Shown here: positions 21,748 to 32,558 of the stretch, one piece after another
Layout: every line of letters starts with the position of its first letter
Position numbering within the stretch: position 1 is the first letter of the stretch
NCBI GenBank assembly: GCA_905478555.1
Contig: CAJQIZ010000021.1
Coordinates: 13,479 to 77,478, forward strand
DNA from: an uncultured Flavobacteriales bacterium
GTDB taxonomy: Bacteria > Bacteroidota > Bacteroidia > Flavobacteriales > BACL11
Length of the DNA stretch: 64,000 nt
Reading direction: 5' to 3'
Program-made: the position numbers and the translations under genes
Notes under the pieces: generated by a model
The model's database searches: none
What the model was told of the DNA's origin: nothing
Seen by the model: only the letters and a program-made list of their open reading frames with translations

Positions 21748-24700
21748 ATTTTATGTACTAGTTTATCATCATTAGTATAAATAAGATATTTTTCAATATT
21801 ATTATATCCCATTTTTTGCAATACATTAGCATAGTTTATTATCTGATTTTTATGAGAATCATCAGGAGCTCCTGTCTTATAATCTACCACCCAAGTTTTA
21901 TCTTCAGAAAACAATATCCTATCTGGAATATAAGATTCTCCTGAAGGAGTTAAAATTTCTCTTTCATTTTTTACACTCCATTTATTATCAAAAAACACAT
22001 TCAATTCTGTATGAGAAAACAACTCCCTTACTTTAACTTCTATATCCTCTATTTTCTCCTTACTACATAAACCTTCCAAATATATTTGCTTACAAACTTG
22101 AGATATCTCTTTTTCTGATGTGATTTTAGAGAGAGCTAAATGCAATAATTTACCCCAATCTTTTTTAGAGTCATTATCATCCATCTCCCAAGATTTCTCT
22201 GAGGATCTTTTTAAAGAAACTACTTTCTCCCAATCTATTTTATCTTGAGTATCACACTTAAATACACCTAATTTATCTTTTTCTTTCAGATGGGGATTTT
22301 CATTTGCATCTCCATCAATATAAATATCTGATAAACCATATAAATGAAAAAATGAATTTAATTTCCCTGAATTCAGAAAACTATCACTTATAGTTTTCGG
22401 ATATTCTTTAGCGTAAACATATAATCGTTCCACAGGACGAGTCATAGCAACATATAACTTATTTAAACTATCCATAAAACTAAGTTCATTTTCTTTACTA
22501 TAATCTTTTTCAAAATCAGATTGTTCTAACTTTTTACTAGTACGGATAAGAGAAGAATTTAACATAGAGTTAGTCTGAGTTGAAGAATCTACCCAAATTT
22601 CAGAATATTTTCTTCCTCCTTCCCAATTAAAAGGAATCATAACTACATTAAAAGCCAAACCTTTCGACTTATGAATAGTCATTACCTGAACGGCATTAGT
22701 TCCTTCCGGAACAACAATAGATTCTTTATCTTTTTTATCCTCCCACCACTCCATAAAGTGAGATAAATTACTTCCATTTTTATCTGAAAAACTTAATACT
22801 ACATCTAAAAAGAAAGAAGTATATACATCTTCTTTTATATTAAAAATCTTATTTAATTTTTCCACTACCTCATACAGCGGAAGTCTCAATAATTTATTTT
22901 TATTAATATTTATTTTATACTTCTTTAAAATTACAGAAAAGTCAGTACAACTTTTTATTTTCAAGTATAAAGAATGAATGTCCTCCAAAATAGGAGTAGT
23001 ATTCTGTAAATAATTTACAATTGACACTTTAGGCAAATCATCATTTCCATCTAATAAAAAACTCATTACTGAAATTATCAACCTTACTTTTTCAGAAGAA
23101 TTAATAAGTAAACCCTCATTAGAAACAACATTTATACCATTTTGAGAGAATCGTTCTGCAACTAAAGAAACTCTTTTTCTACTATTACATAAAATAGTAA
23201 TATCCTTATACTCGAACCCATTCTCATTAGTAAGTTTGGTAATCTCTGCAATCATTTTATCAATAATATTCTCCTTAAAACCATCCCCCTCCTCTTTTAC
23301 TAATTCCAGATGAATATACCCACCATCTTTCGCTACATCGGTATTCTGAGCAGCATCCATATAAATTTGTTGTAAATCAGTAGTTAATTTATTTTTTAAA
23401 CTCCTGAAAAACTTATTGTTAAAATCAATAATATTTTTTCTACTTCTATAATTCTGATTCTCACCATGATCTTGCTTATAATGATGAAAAAATTTTTGTT
23501 CCCACACCGTTTTTTCTGGCAAATTATCTCCTTTAAAAATTTCAGGGATTTTCATAAACTGTTCTACCTCTCCACCTCTCCATCTATAGATAGATTGTTT
23601 TCCATCACCAACTATAAAACAACTACCATAATCTACTACATCAGTAATTAAGGGCATTAAATTTTGCCATTGCAAAATAGAAGTATCCTGAAATTCATCT
23701 ATTAAAAAATGATTGTATCGTTCTCCTATTCTCTCATATATAAAATTAGAAGGTTGTTTTACTATCACATCATTTATCTTCTTATTAAAAACAGAAATTT
23801 GTTCTATATTTTGTTCCTTTTTATACAAATTAACTTCCTCCATTAATTTATTTAAAACTGCTATAGAATAGATATTTGTAAACAGTGCATTTACAGTATT
23901 ATATTCTGAAATAAATTTCATTAAATCCTCATAAAACGAAACTAATTTCAGCTTATGTAAATCTATTAAATCCTTAATATCATCTGCTTTTGTTTTAGAA
24001 TACCATACATCTTCCGCTATGTTTTTTACAATAGAAGAAGAGGGAGTCCATTTCTTTTCGTCCGATAAATTCATAGTAAAATGATTAAAAAAAGAACCTC
24101 TAATAAAATGATCTTTTGTAAAACCAAAAGCAATAAAAAACTGACTAATTACATTTGAATGAGACTGAATATCAGAAGAAATATTTTTCTTTTGTTGTAA
24201 TAAATGATCTTTTATTTTTATGCAATCCGAAACAGAAATATTGTTAGAAGTAATAAAAGGAATAGCATCTTCATTAAACAGGTTTCTAGAAAAATCTTCT
24301 AAATCTGTTTCTATATTAGTGCTTTTACCATCTTCTGCTTTTTGTAAAGCAAAATTTACTAAAGCTTCTGAAAGAGAGCCTCCCTTTTCCGACATTTTAG
24401 AAAGCAGAGCCGCAACCACAGGCTGAATAATTTTATTATTATCCATTTCTAACTCAAAATTATGAGATAAACCTAAATCAGAAGAGAAAGTACGGACAAT
24501 ATTATAAGTAAATTTATCTATTGTTGAAATTCTTAAATCAGCATAATTATGGATAATACTACTTTTTACATCTCCTGCATTTTTCACAATCTGACTTTCA
24601 GAAAGTGGGGTATTCTTTTTTAACCAATCTAAAACTCCATCTTCATTTTTTCCTTCTGAAAGAACTTCTAAATATTCTAATACTCTTTCTTTCATTTCGG

Positions 24701-24866
24701 CAGCAGCCTTATTAGTAAAGGTAATAGCCAAAATACTTCTATAATAGAAAACTGAAAACTTAGTTGCACCAACCAGAGCCAAAGCAATGAAATTTAAGCA
24801 AAGAGTATAAGTCTTACCTGAACCTGCAGAGGAACGATTAACAATAAAATTTTTGGAGTCAGACAT
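21744..24866 (-). CDS. UvrD/PcrA-type SF1 helicase with C-terminal nuclease, AddA-like subunit
   Basis: It has Walker A SAGSGKTYTL, the LIDEFQDTS (DExx) motif and VGDGKQSIYRWRGG. TIHKSKGL and a C-terminal VVDYKTG nuclease motif are also present. Confidence 0.8.
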   Translation of the reverse strand: MSDSKNFIVNRSSAGSGKTYTLCLNFIALALVGATKFSVFYYRSILAITFTNKAAAEMKERVLEYLEVLSEGKNEDGVLDWLKKNTPLSESQIVKNAGDVKSSIIHNYADLRISTIDKFTYNIVRTFSSDLGLSHNFELEMDNNKIIQPVVAALLSKMSEKGGSLSEALVNFALQKAEDGKSTNIETDLEDFSRNLFNEDAIPFITSNNISVSDCIKIKDHLLQQKKNISSDIQSHSNVISQFFIAFGFTKDHFIRGSFFNHFTMNLSDEKKWTPSSSIVKNIAEDVWYSKTKADDIKDLIDLHKLKLVSFYEDLMKFISEYNTVNALFTNIYSIAVLNKLMEEVNLYKKEQNIEQISVFNKKINDVIVKQPSNFIYERIGERYNHFLIDEFQDTSILQWQNLMPLITDVVDYGSCFIVGDGKQSIYRWRGGEVEQFMKIPEIFKGDNLPEKTVWEQKFFHHYKQDHGENQNYRSRKNIIDFNNKFFRSLKNKLTTDLQQIYMDAAQNTDVAKDGGYIHLELVKEEGDGFKENIIDKMIAEITKLTNENGFEYKDITILCNSRKRVSLVAERFSQNGINVVSNEGLLINSSEKVRLIISVMSFLLDGNDDLPKVSIVNYLQNTTPILEDIHSLYLKIKSCTDFSVILKKYKININKNKLLRLPLYEVVEKLNKIFNIKEDVYTSFFLDVVLSFSDKNGSNLSHFMEWWEDKKDKESIVVPEGTNAVQVMTIHKSKGLAFNVVMIPFNWEGGRKYSEIWVDSSTQTNSMLNSSLIRTSKKLEQSDFEKDYSKENELSFMDSLNKLYVAMTRPVERLYVYAKEYPKTISDSFLNSGKLNSFFHLYGLSDIYIDGDANENPHLKEKDKLGVFKCDTQDKIDWEKVVSLKRSSEKSWEMDDNDSKKDWGKLLHLALSKITSEKEISQVCKQIYLEGLCSKEKIEDIEVKVRELFSHTELNVFFDNKWSVKNEREILTPSGESYIPDRILFSEDKTWVVDYKTGAPDDSHKNQIINYANVLQKMGYNNIEKYLIYTNDDKLVHKI

Positions 24867-24940
24867 TTAAATAATTTAAACCCACAATATACAAAAAGAG
24901 ATTTAAATATTTAAAACAAAAACAAGCTTGTGAATAAGTT

Positions 24941-27700
24941 TTACCGGATAATATAAATATTACCAAAATCTTGGTGTTTCCATCCTTCAAAATCTTGAAA
25001 GTAAATTTCGTAAACATACATTCCCATAGGTAATTCCTTTCCGGAAGTTTGGTGTTTTCCATTCCAACCATTATCATTTAAGAAACACTCAATTTCTGTA
25101 ATAATAGAAGTAGAGAAAACTACTTCAGAAACACGATTATAAACCGTAAACAAGAAAGTTTCTGTTCGTATTCCGTTATAAGAAATACAAAACACATCAT
25201 TTATCTGATCGTTATCTGGAGTGAAAGAATTCGGAACATACATCCAATATTCATCTGTAATCCAGATATGTTTAAAAGTAGTATCTGTACAACCAACATT
25301 ATCTTTTATTATTAATGAAACTTCAAAAATTCCTGTCTCGCTTTCAAAAACATGTTCCGGGTTTTGAAGATTCTCATCAAAAGAATTATCTCCAAAACTC
25401 CAAGTCCATTCTGAAATATTGGCAGTACCAATTATAGAATTATCAGTAAATTGAGCATTCGGATAGATAATAGAAAGTGTGTCAGATATTAAACTAAATA
25501 GAGCCTCCGGAGCTTTTAATACAGTCACTAATGCAGAGCCTGAAAACCACCCTACCTCATTAGCATCTGAAAACGAAACTAAATCATAAACACCTGATTC
25601 ATAAGTGGAAATTATATAGGGGTTTAAATTAGTCGTAATTGGAGATTTATTCACTCCATTATGAGAATACACAAATGTATTAGGAGAAACTGATCCAGAA
25701 AAAGAAATTTTTACCTCTGCTTTCTGATCTGAATTATCACAAATAGTATCGTTTCCTGAAATAAATGCTACTAAATCAGGCTTAGGGTAGGTAATCAGAA
25801 TTACAGAATCTGAACTCACCGCATTAAAGTTTACAGTCAAACTGGTATTTGATGGTAGAATTGGATTAGTATTCGATTGCCACTGACTAAAAAGCCAAGT
25901 TGGGTTTAATTGTGCTTGCAACGTAATATTTTCTCCGTACCAATAGTTTTGCGAATAGGGCAAAGCTTGCACAACACCATCAATAGTTACCGTTGCAGAT
26001 CCAACATTATTAATATCGTAAATAATTTGTATTCCTAATTTTTGATGAACGACAGAATCTACAAAAGAAGTATCACAACCATCAATAATAAAACCTGAAT
26101 TAGTGAAAATACCCGTATCAGAGGGATTAAAGACCATGCTATCAACAGTATATACCGTGTCAAAAGTATTATTATAAGTAAAACTACCAGGTGTCATACT
26201 CATTTTCCATACAAAAATATCTTTTTTCCTTCCAGTTGCATCTAGTATTGTGCCATCAAAATCTGCTAAATCTTCAAAAAATCCAATTGCGTATACATTC
26301 CCAAAACCATCAGCACATATATCATTCGTTCTATCATCATCATCTGTATCAGATCCTGCCGTTTTTGCCCAAAGCCAATCTCCATTGTTAGAGGCCCCAT
26401 CAATTTGTGCTACCCAAGCAGAAGCGGTAGTGTCTCCAGGAATTTGGGGGCCAACTACTAAGTTATTTGAAAAAGTCATTTCTCCTCTAGCAGTACCTCC
26501 TATAAAAACCTGTTTATTATCATCTACAGACATTTGATATGGTTTATCAGTACCTGCACTCCTTGCTCTTTTTACCCACTTCCAATCACCTTGATTATTC
26601 ATCTTTGCAACAAAAACATCTCTTTTTTGTTTATGACTTAGAGTGTCTGTTCCATTAGAAGCATTAGCACCAGGGAAAACCATAGGGTTACGATATTCTC
26701 CACAAATATAAATATCATCACAAACATCAATAGCTATACTATTTGCCCTATCTGCTTTATTACTACCAAATCCTTCTGCCCAAAGCCAATTTCCATTCTT
26801 ATCCATTTTAAAAACAAAAGCATCCCATTCACCATTTGAAGTAATTGAATAAGGTCCATAATTAGCATTCTGACTTGCTCCTCTATTTTGAAAACCTCCA
26901 ACAACATAAATATTTGAGAATTTATCAATAGCTAATCTATTATCTCTTGATCCTCTTTGGTCCTTAATACCATCAAATTTATCAATCCAAAGCCAATTTC
27001 CATTAGAATCTAATTTGCCAATATAACCCATAGGCTGACAATCATTATTCCACTCAGGATTTGTAATAGTAAACCCATCAAAATCTGCATCAAATCCAGA
27101 GAAAAAACCAGTAATATATATAAATCCATCCGCATCTACTTTCACATCATAAGAATGATCATCAGCATCATAAATTGGATAAGGACAGCCACCAGAAGTG
27201 TTATTTCCTCCAAAACCAATTACCCATTCAGGATTTCCATCTGTATCAATTTTAGCAAGTAGAGAATTATCATGATTATTTATACCTGTATTTGCAGTTA
27301 TAGTGCCAGGAGCTCCATTAACACCTAATTTATAAGAACTCCAAAAAGTTCCTGTAATAAATACATCACCTCCTGGAGTGACATGCATTCCTAGTGCTCT
27401 ATCATCACAACATCCACCATTTTGATTACCTCCTGGAATCGCCCAAAGAACATTTCCATTTGAATCTAGTTTAGCGATAAAATTTTCTTTATTAGTGCCT
27501 GGATTTCCATTAGAAAAACTAATAGCATCAAATGTAGCTTCACTATTATAAAACCCACTTATATAAACGAAACCCAAAGAATCTGTGTCTATACTTATTC
27601 CTTTATCTGAATTAGTACCACCAAAGGACTTTACCCAATCAGTAGTTTGTGAAAAAGATACAAAAGGAACAAAAAAAATTATAAATAAATATTTTCTCAT
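24941..27700 (-). CDS. T9SS type B cargo: SBBP-like beta-propeller repeats + PKD domain + type B CTD
   Basis: It has a signal peptide. Repeated units match 'D..GN.Y..G.F....F' (SBBP-like). A PKD-like segment reads WTWSFGDNS...NPEHVFE..GIFEVSLIIKDNVGC. The C-terminal VPNSFTPDNDQINDVF...GWNG motif marks the type B CTD. Confidence 0.75.
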   Translation of the reverse strand: MRKYLFIIFFVPFVSFSQTTDWVKSFGGTNSDKGISIDTDSLGFVYISGFYNSEATFDAISFSNGNPGTNKENFIAKLDSNGNVLWAIPGGNQNGGCCDDRALGMHVTPGGDVFITGTFWSSYKLGVNGAPGTITANTGINNHDNSLLAKIDTDGNPEWVIGFGGNNTSGGCPYPIYDADDHSYDVKVDADGFIYITGFFSGFDADFDGFTITNPEWNNDCQPMGYIGKLDSNGNWLWIDKFDGIKDQRGSRDNRLAIDKFSNIYVVGGFQNRGASQNANYGPYSITSNGEWDAFVFKMDKNGNWLWAEGFGSNKADRANSIAIDVCDDIYICGEYRNPMVFPGANASNGTDTLSHKQKRDVFVAKMNNQGDWKWVKRARSAGTDKPYQMSVDDNKQVFIGGTARGEMTFSNNLVVGPQIPGDTTASAWVAQIDGASNNGDWLWAKTAGSDTDDDDRTNDICADGFGNVYAIGFFEDLADFDGTILDATGRKKDIFVWKMSMTPGSFTYNNTFDTVYTVDSMVFNPSDTGIFTNSGFIIDGCDTSFVDSVVHQKLGIQIIYDINNVGSATVTIDGVVQALPYSQNYWYGENITLQAQLNPTWLFSQWQSNTNPILPSNTSLTVNFNAVSSDSVILITYPKPDLVAFISGNDTICDNSDQKAEVKISFSGSVSPNTFVYSHNGVNKSPITTNLNPYIISTYESGVYDLVSFSDANEVGWFSGSALVTVLKAPEALFSLISDTLSIIYPNAQFTDNSIIGTANISEWTWSFGDNSFDENLQNPEHVFESETGIFEVSLIIKDNVGCTDTTFKHIWITDEYWMYVPNSFTPDNDQINDVFCISYNGIRTETFLFTVYNRVSEVVFSTSIITEIECFLNDNGWNGKHQTSGKELPMGMYVYEIYFQDFEGWKHQDFGNIYIIR

Positions 27701-27703
27701 ATC

Positions 27704-29770
27704 TTAATAAATTACATTAATAACACCCTGCTTTACAAATTTTTCACTATCCTTACCTAAAAGTTCTATAGAGTACATATAATCTCCTTGAGGAACTAAT
27801 TTTCCATTATACTTCCCGTCCCAAAACTTCTCTATCTTATCTGTTTCAAATATCATCTCCCCCCATCTATTCATAATTATCATAGAGAAGGTTTTAATAT
27901 TTAATCCATAGATTTCAAATAGTTCGTTGTGATCGTCTCCATTAGGAGTAAAAGTATTAGGAATATATAATTCTGTTAGAGGAACCGTATAAACAATAGT
28001 AATTTCAGAAGTATCTGTACAATTATTTTCATCCGTTACAAAAACATAAAATATACCTGCATCCGAAACTGTTAAATCAGAATAAACCGAAAGTAAAGAA
28101 TCTTCAGTATTATACCACTCATAATACTGATAAGCACCTACTTCTAGAAGAATTTCTTCACCTTCATAAATAGTAATTTCAGCAGGAGTAATTACAGCAA
28201 TTGGCAATTCATAAGTATTTACAATTACAGAATCTTGCAATACGGAAACACAATTATTTACATCTTCTACTAAAGTAGGATAATAAGTCCCCTCATCAGA
28301 AGTAACTAATATAAAAGTAGAGGAATTAATTCCATTCTGATTAAATAAAGAGGTGCCGTCAGAATAAGTTAAATCCCAAGGAGTTTCTGTACCATTAAAG
28401 TTAAAAGTAATAGTAGCAGTTGTACCATCTTTGCAAATATTACCACCTCCACTAACAATAGTAGTTGGAGGATTTGATTCCGTAATAGTTATAGAATCTT
28501 TTGCCAAACAGCCCGTTCCATCATCTATAGTTAGTTTATAAAATCCTGAAGAAACCGTAATAGAAGGGTCAGTGCTATCTAAATCATTTGTATTCCATAA
28601 ATATTGATACGCACCAGTACCACCTGTTACTAAAGGAGTAAGAGTGAAATTTGTATTACACGGAATAACAACATCAATACCTAAATCGAAAACCGGAGGA
28701 ACATCTCCAATAATTGTAATGGTGTCTGAATTTACAGCACAACCAACAGAAGTAGCAGAAACTAAATACTTTCCAGGTCCAACAATTATAAAGGAATCTA
28801 AACTCAATACAGTACCAACAGAATCTACCCATTGATAGGTTGCTCCCAGACCTGCAGAAGCAGAAAGTATTACTGAAGAATTACAGGGTATTTCCATATA
28901 ATTAGAATCAACACCAAGATCATCCGTAACATCTAAAACAGGAGATTTGAAACTTCCTGATTCTAACCAAACGTACGAACTTAGACCAGAGTCTGTACCA
29001 TCTGCAATAGCTAATTTTATATGATAGGTTTGTCCACATTGAACTACAGCAACTGCAGTAAGTACAGTAGTTAAACCATCTGCATCTGCTATGGTGTCTA
29101 ATCCTGTACCTTGATTGGCTACAAAATACTGTTGATTTATTGGAGTAATTGCTCCGTTCTGCCCATTATGAATAGTAGATATTGTAATTGGTAAAGGAGG
29201 ATTTGAATTTGGAACAACAGCTAAATTAATAGCTCCGTTTGCATACGGACCAGCAATACCAGGACCAGATAAAAAGAAGCCAAATACATCATTATATTGT
29301 GAGTTTTCATAGGTAAAGTATTCTTGAGAACCAAAAACATATCGGAAAGTAATAGTATCTGAAGTTGGCACAAAATCAAACTCTAATTTTGCAATATCAT
29401 TTACACTACTTACCGTAAAAGTTTGTCCGATTAAAGCAGGTACAGAATTTGCTACAGTTAATAAATCTGGATCGGTAACTATATTTGCAGGACCATTAAA
29501 ATTATTAATACCAGGAACTAAATTTTCTACATCACCAGTAGCCATAACAATTCCGCTATCCAAACCTAAGTTTGTATTTACTGCATTAAAAAAACCAATT
29601 TGCATACTATCTCCTTCATAAGAATGATTAGAAGCAATAACACCTCCACCTAATAAAACATTGTCTATTAAATAAATTGGATTGTCGTTCGGAGCATTTC
29701 TATCTACTGTGATCTGAGAGAAAGAAATAAGACTACAGAAAACAAATAAAAAAGATAAGGTTTTTTTCAT
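27704..29770 (-). CDS. T9SS type B cargo: choice-of-anchor-L-like N-terminal domain + Ig-like modules + type B CTD
   Basis: With ATG 29770 the signal peptide is MKKTLSFLFVFCSLISFSQ. The N-terminal LIDNVLLGGGVIASN...GFF...LGLDSGIVMATG resembles the choice-of-anchor L domain. The C-terminal IPNTFTPNGDDHNELFEI...FWDGKYNG marks the type B CTD. Confidence 0.75.
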   Translation of the reverse strand: MKKTLSFLFVFCSLISFSQITVDRNAPNDNPIYLIDNVLLGGGVIASNHSYEGDSMQIGFFNAVNTNLGLDSGIVMATGDVENLVPGINNFNGPANIVTDPDLLTVANSVPALIGQTFTVSSVNDIAKLEFDFVPTSDTITFRYVFGSQEYFTYENSQYNDVFGFFLSGPGIAGPYANGAINLAVVPNSNPPLPITISTIHNGQNGAITPINQQYFVANQGTGLDTIADADGLTTVLTAVAVVQCGQTYHIKLAIADGTDSGLSSYVWLESGSFKSPVLDVTDDLGVDSNYMEIPCNSSVILSASAGLGATYQWVDSVGTVLSLDSFIIVGPGKYLVSATSVGCAVNSDTITIIGDVPPVFDLGIDVVIPCNTNFTLTPLVTGGTGAYQYLWNTNDLDSTDPSITVSSGFYKLTIDDGTGCLAKDSITITESNPPTTIVSGGGNICKDGTTATITFNFNGTETPWDLTYSDGTSLFNQNGINSSTFILVTSDEGTYYPTLVEDVNNCVSVLQDSVIVNTYELPIAVITPAEITIYEGEEILLEVGAYQYYEWYNTEDSLLSVYSDLTVSDAGIFYVFVTDENNCTDTSEITIVYTVPLTELYIPNTFTPNGDDHNELFEIYGLNIKTFSMIIMNRWGEMIFETDKIEKFWDGKYNGKLVPQGDYMYSIELLGKDSEKFVKQGVINVIY

Positions 29771-29832
29771 CAATTGCAAATATACAAAACTAAAATAGAA
29801 AAAACAAACTCACATTCTCTCATCTTATCCGT

Positions 29833-31593
29833 TCATAGCTTGTCAGATATTTGAGTATTATACATCTGAGCATATTCACCTTTTTTATTCATTAATTTTG
29901 AATGACTACCCTCTTCCAAAACTTTCCCGTTTTCTAACAGTAGAATTTTATCGGAATTTACGATAGTAGAAAGGCGGTGTGCAATAACAATGGTAGTCCT
30001 ACCTTCTGATATTTTTTGCAAGGCGTTTTGTAGGATCTGTTCTGTATGAGAATCTATTGAAGAGGTAGCTTCATCTAAAATAAGAATTTTAGGATTTCGT
30101 AAATACACTCTCAAAAAGGAAATAAGTTGTCGTTGCCCTGTAGAAAGGGTAACTCCTCTTTCCCCTACTACATAATTATATCCTGCTGGTAAACTCATAA
30201 TAAAATTATGAATACCGATTTCTTTTGCTGCATCTATTACACTTTCCTCTTTTATATTTTCATCAAACAAAATAATGTTTTCCATAATAGAAGAAGAAAA
30301 CAAATGTACCTCTTGCTGTACTACCGCAATATGTTTCCTTAAATTACTTAACTTAAAATCTCTTATCTTTACTCCATCAATACATATTTCTCCTTCTTGT
30401 ATTTCGTAAAAACGGTTGAGGATGTTTATAATGGAAGTTTTACCAGCACCAGTCCTACCCACCAATGCTAAGTTTTTTCCTTTTTCAATTTTAAACGAAA
30501 GACCATTAAGCACCCAATCTTCATTTTTATAAGCAAACTTCACGTTTTTATATTCTACTTCCCCATCAATATTTTCCTTTTCAACACTCCCTTCATCTGT
30601 AATAAAATCTTCTGTATCCAAAACCTTAAACACCCTTTCCGAACCTACAATTCCCATTTGCAAAACATTAAATCTATCTGCTAATTGTCGGATTGGTCGG
30701 AACATCATATGGATATAAAGAATAAAAGCAACTAATTCCCCAAGAGTTACATCTTTGCCAGAAACAATAGCTTCCCCACCATACCAAATAATCATACCGA
30801 TAGAAAGAGCAGATAGAATTTCTACTACAGGAAAAAAGACGGAATAATAGAATACCGATTTGAGGTGTGCTGATAAATGACTTTTATTAATATCCTGAAA
30901 TTTCTTTAATTCCGCATCTTCACGATTAAAAATCTGAACCAAATTCATTCCAACAATATGTTCCTGTACAAAAGTATTTATGTTCGACACTTCTTTCCTT
31001 ACATTCTGAAAAGCAGCTTTTATATTTTTTTTGAACCAAGCTGTAGCTACCAACAAAATAGGAATAGCAATCATACTAATAAGTGCCAAACGCCAATCGG
31101 TGTAAAACATCATACTTATTACTACAATCAGTTTTAGGAGTTCCCCAATAATAACGAACAGTCCTTGAGAGAAAATATCCGAAATAGTTTCAATATCAGA
31201 AACGGCACGAGTAACCAAAGATCCGATTGGAGTATTATCGAAATAGGTCATTTTTAGTTTTAGGATGTGTTGGTACACTTTTGCACGCATATCTTGTATT
31301 ACATGCTGCCCTAACCAAGTAGCTAAATAAATATAAAAAAACTGAAATATGGCCTCTAAAAATAAAATCCCTAACAAAATAATACAGATAAAATGAAGCT
31401 GATCTGCATTTTCAATCATGATGTAATTATCCACCGCATAGTTGATAAGAAAAGGGCGAATAGGACTTAAAAAGGAAAGCACTATAGAAAAAAACATAGA
31501 AAGATACAATACCTTTTTATAAGGTTTAGTAAAAGTCATCACTCTCTTTAGGAGTTTAAAATCAATTGCTTTTCCGGTTTTTGTTTGTGACAT
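29833..31593 (-). CDS. ABC transporter, fused permease/ATPase (MsbA/multidrug-exporter type)
   Basis: A six-helix N-terminal domain is followed by Walker A GRTGAGKTS, the signature LSTGQRQLISFLR and Walker B LILDEATSSID. Confidence 0.85.
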   Translation of the reverse strand: MSQTKTGKAIDFKLLKRVMTFTKPYKKVLYLSMFFSIVLSFLSPIRPFLINYAVDNYIMIENADQLHFICIILLGILFLEAIFQFFYIYLATWLGQHVIQDMRAKVYQHILKLKMTYFDNTPIGSLVTRAVSDIETISDIFSQGLFVIIGELLKLIVVISMMFYTDWRLALISMIAIPILLVATAWFKKNIKAAFQNVRKEVSNINTFVQEHIVGMNLVQIFNREDAELKKFQDINKSHLSAHLKSVFYYSVFFPVVEILSALSIGMIIWYGGEAIVSGKDVTLGELVAFILYIHMMFRPIRQLADRFNVLQMGIVGSERVFKVLDTEDFITDEGSVEKENIDGEVEYKNVKFAYKNEDWVLNGLSFKIEKGKNLALVGRTGAGKTSIINILNRFYEIQEGEICIDGVKIRDFKLSNLRKHIAVVQQEVHLFSSSIMENIILFDENIKEESVIDAAKEIGIHNFIMSLPAGYNYVVGERGVTLSTGQRQLISFLRVYLRNPKILILDEATSSIDSHTEQILQNALQKISEGRTTIVIAHRLSTIVNSDKILLLENGKVLEEGSHSKLMNKKGEYAQMYNTQISDKL

Positions 31594-32328
31594 TTATATT
31601 TCTTTTGGATATTTTATTTCAGTTAAAAACAATGCCTTTGCCGGAACTGAAGTTCCTGCCGCACCTCTGTCTTTCTTTTCTATAATTTGTTGTACTGTAT
31701 CTACTTGTATTTTTCCTGTCCCAACATCCAACAAAGTACCTACCACCGACCTTACCATATTTCTAAGAAAACGATTGGCCGAAATAGTAAATACAAAAAT
31801 ATCACTTTCTTTAGTCCAAACTGCTTTTGTAATATGGCAATTATTGGTAAAAGTATCTGTATTTAATTTTGAGAAGGAAGTAAAATCTTGCTCTCCCATT
31901 AAATAAGTACAGGCGGCATTCATTTTATCCAAATCTAAATCTTTAATTACCAAGTGTAGGTTAGTATTAAAAATATCGTTTTTGGTTGAAACAAAATATT
32001 GATAAGTACGGGCAGTAGCTGTAAAACGAGCATGAGTATCTTCCTTCACTTTATATAAGGACAACACCAAAATATCGTTAGGTAAAAAAGAATTCAGTTT
32101 GGTAACTATTTTATCGGAATTAAATTTAGAAGAGGTGTCAAAATGGGCAAACATTTGATGAGCATGTACTCCGGAATCTGTTCTTCCTGCTCCCATCAAT
32201 TCTAGCTCTTCTTTTAGCAAAACTGACATACATTTTGTCAACTGTTCTTGTACAGTATTAGCATTGGGTTGCTTTTGCCAACCATGGTAGTTGGTTCCGT
32301 TATAAGAAAATTCTATAAAGTATCTCAT
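31594..32328 (-). CDS. truA: tRNA pseudouridine(38-40) synthase
   Basis: MRYFIEFSYNGTNYHGWQKQPN and GAGRTDSGVHA (catalytic Asp) are present, plus FLRNMVR. It is 244 aa. Confidence 0.9.
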   Translation of the reverse strand: MRYFIEFSYNGTNYHGWQKQPNANTVQEQLTKCMSVLLKEELELMGAGRTDSGVHAHQMFAHFDTSSKFNSDKIVTKLNSFLPNDILVLSLYKVKEDTHARFTATARTYQYFVSTKNDIFNTNLHLVIKDLDLDKMNAACTYLMGEQDFTSFSKLNTDTFTNNCHITKAVWTKESDIFVFTISANRFLRNMVRSVVGTLLDVGTGKIQVDTVQQIIEKKDRGAAGTSVPAKALFLTEIKYPKEI

Positions 32329-32508
32329 TGGGGCAAAGATAGTTTTTAGTTATTAGGGAATATAAAATATTAGACAATTTTATACTAAATCTAGTTTTTT
32401 GTAGTTTTACAATGTAATAAAAAAAAAATCTCTTTATTTTTTTAGACTCTTCATTTAATTTAGTATGAAAATTAATAAATAATAACTTAAAAATAATATC
32501 ATTTGTTT

Positions 32509-32539
32509 TTTGGTAATTCCAGAAACAATTTTATTTTTG
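32509..32539 (+). promoter_or_regulatory. Candidate Bacteroidota sigma-A promoter for the moxR/bat operon
   Basis: TTTG (32509..32512), a 19-nt spacer and TATTTTTG (32532..32539) match the -33 TTTG / -7 TAnnTTTG consensus. The site lies 20 nt upstream of the ATG at 32559. It is a pattern match only. Confidence 0.3.
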
Positions 32540-32558
32540 TTCCCCTAAAACGAATACA

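Noticed and set aside
24859-25077. A 72-aa minus-strand ORF bridges the end of the type B cargo gene and the intergenic region.
   Set aside because: It overlaps the 3' end of the 919-aa gene in another frame, and it has no motif or start context.
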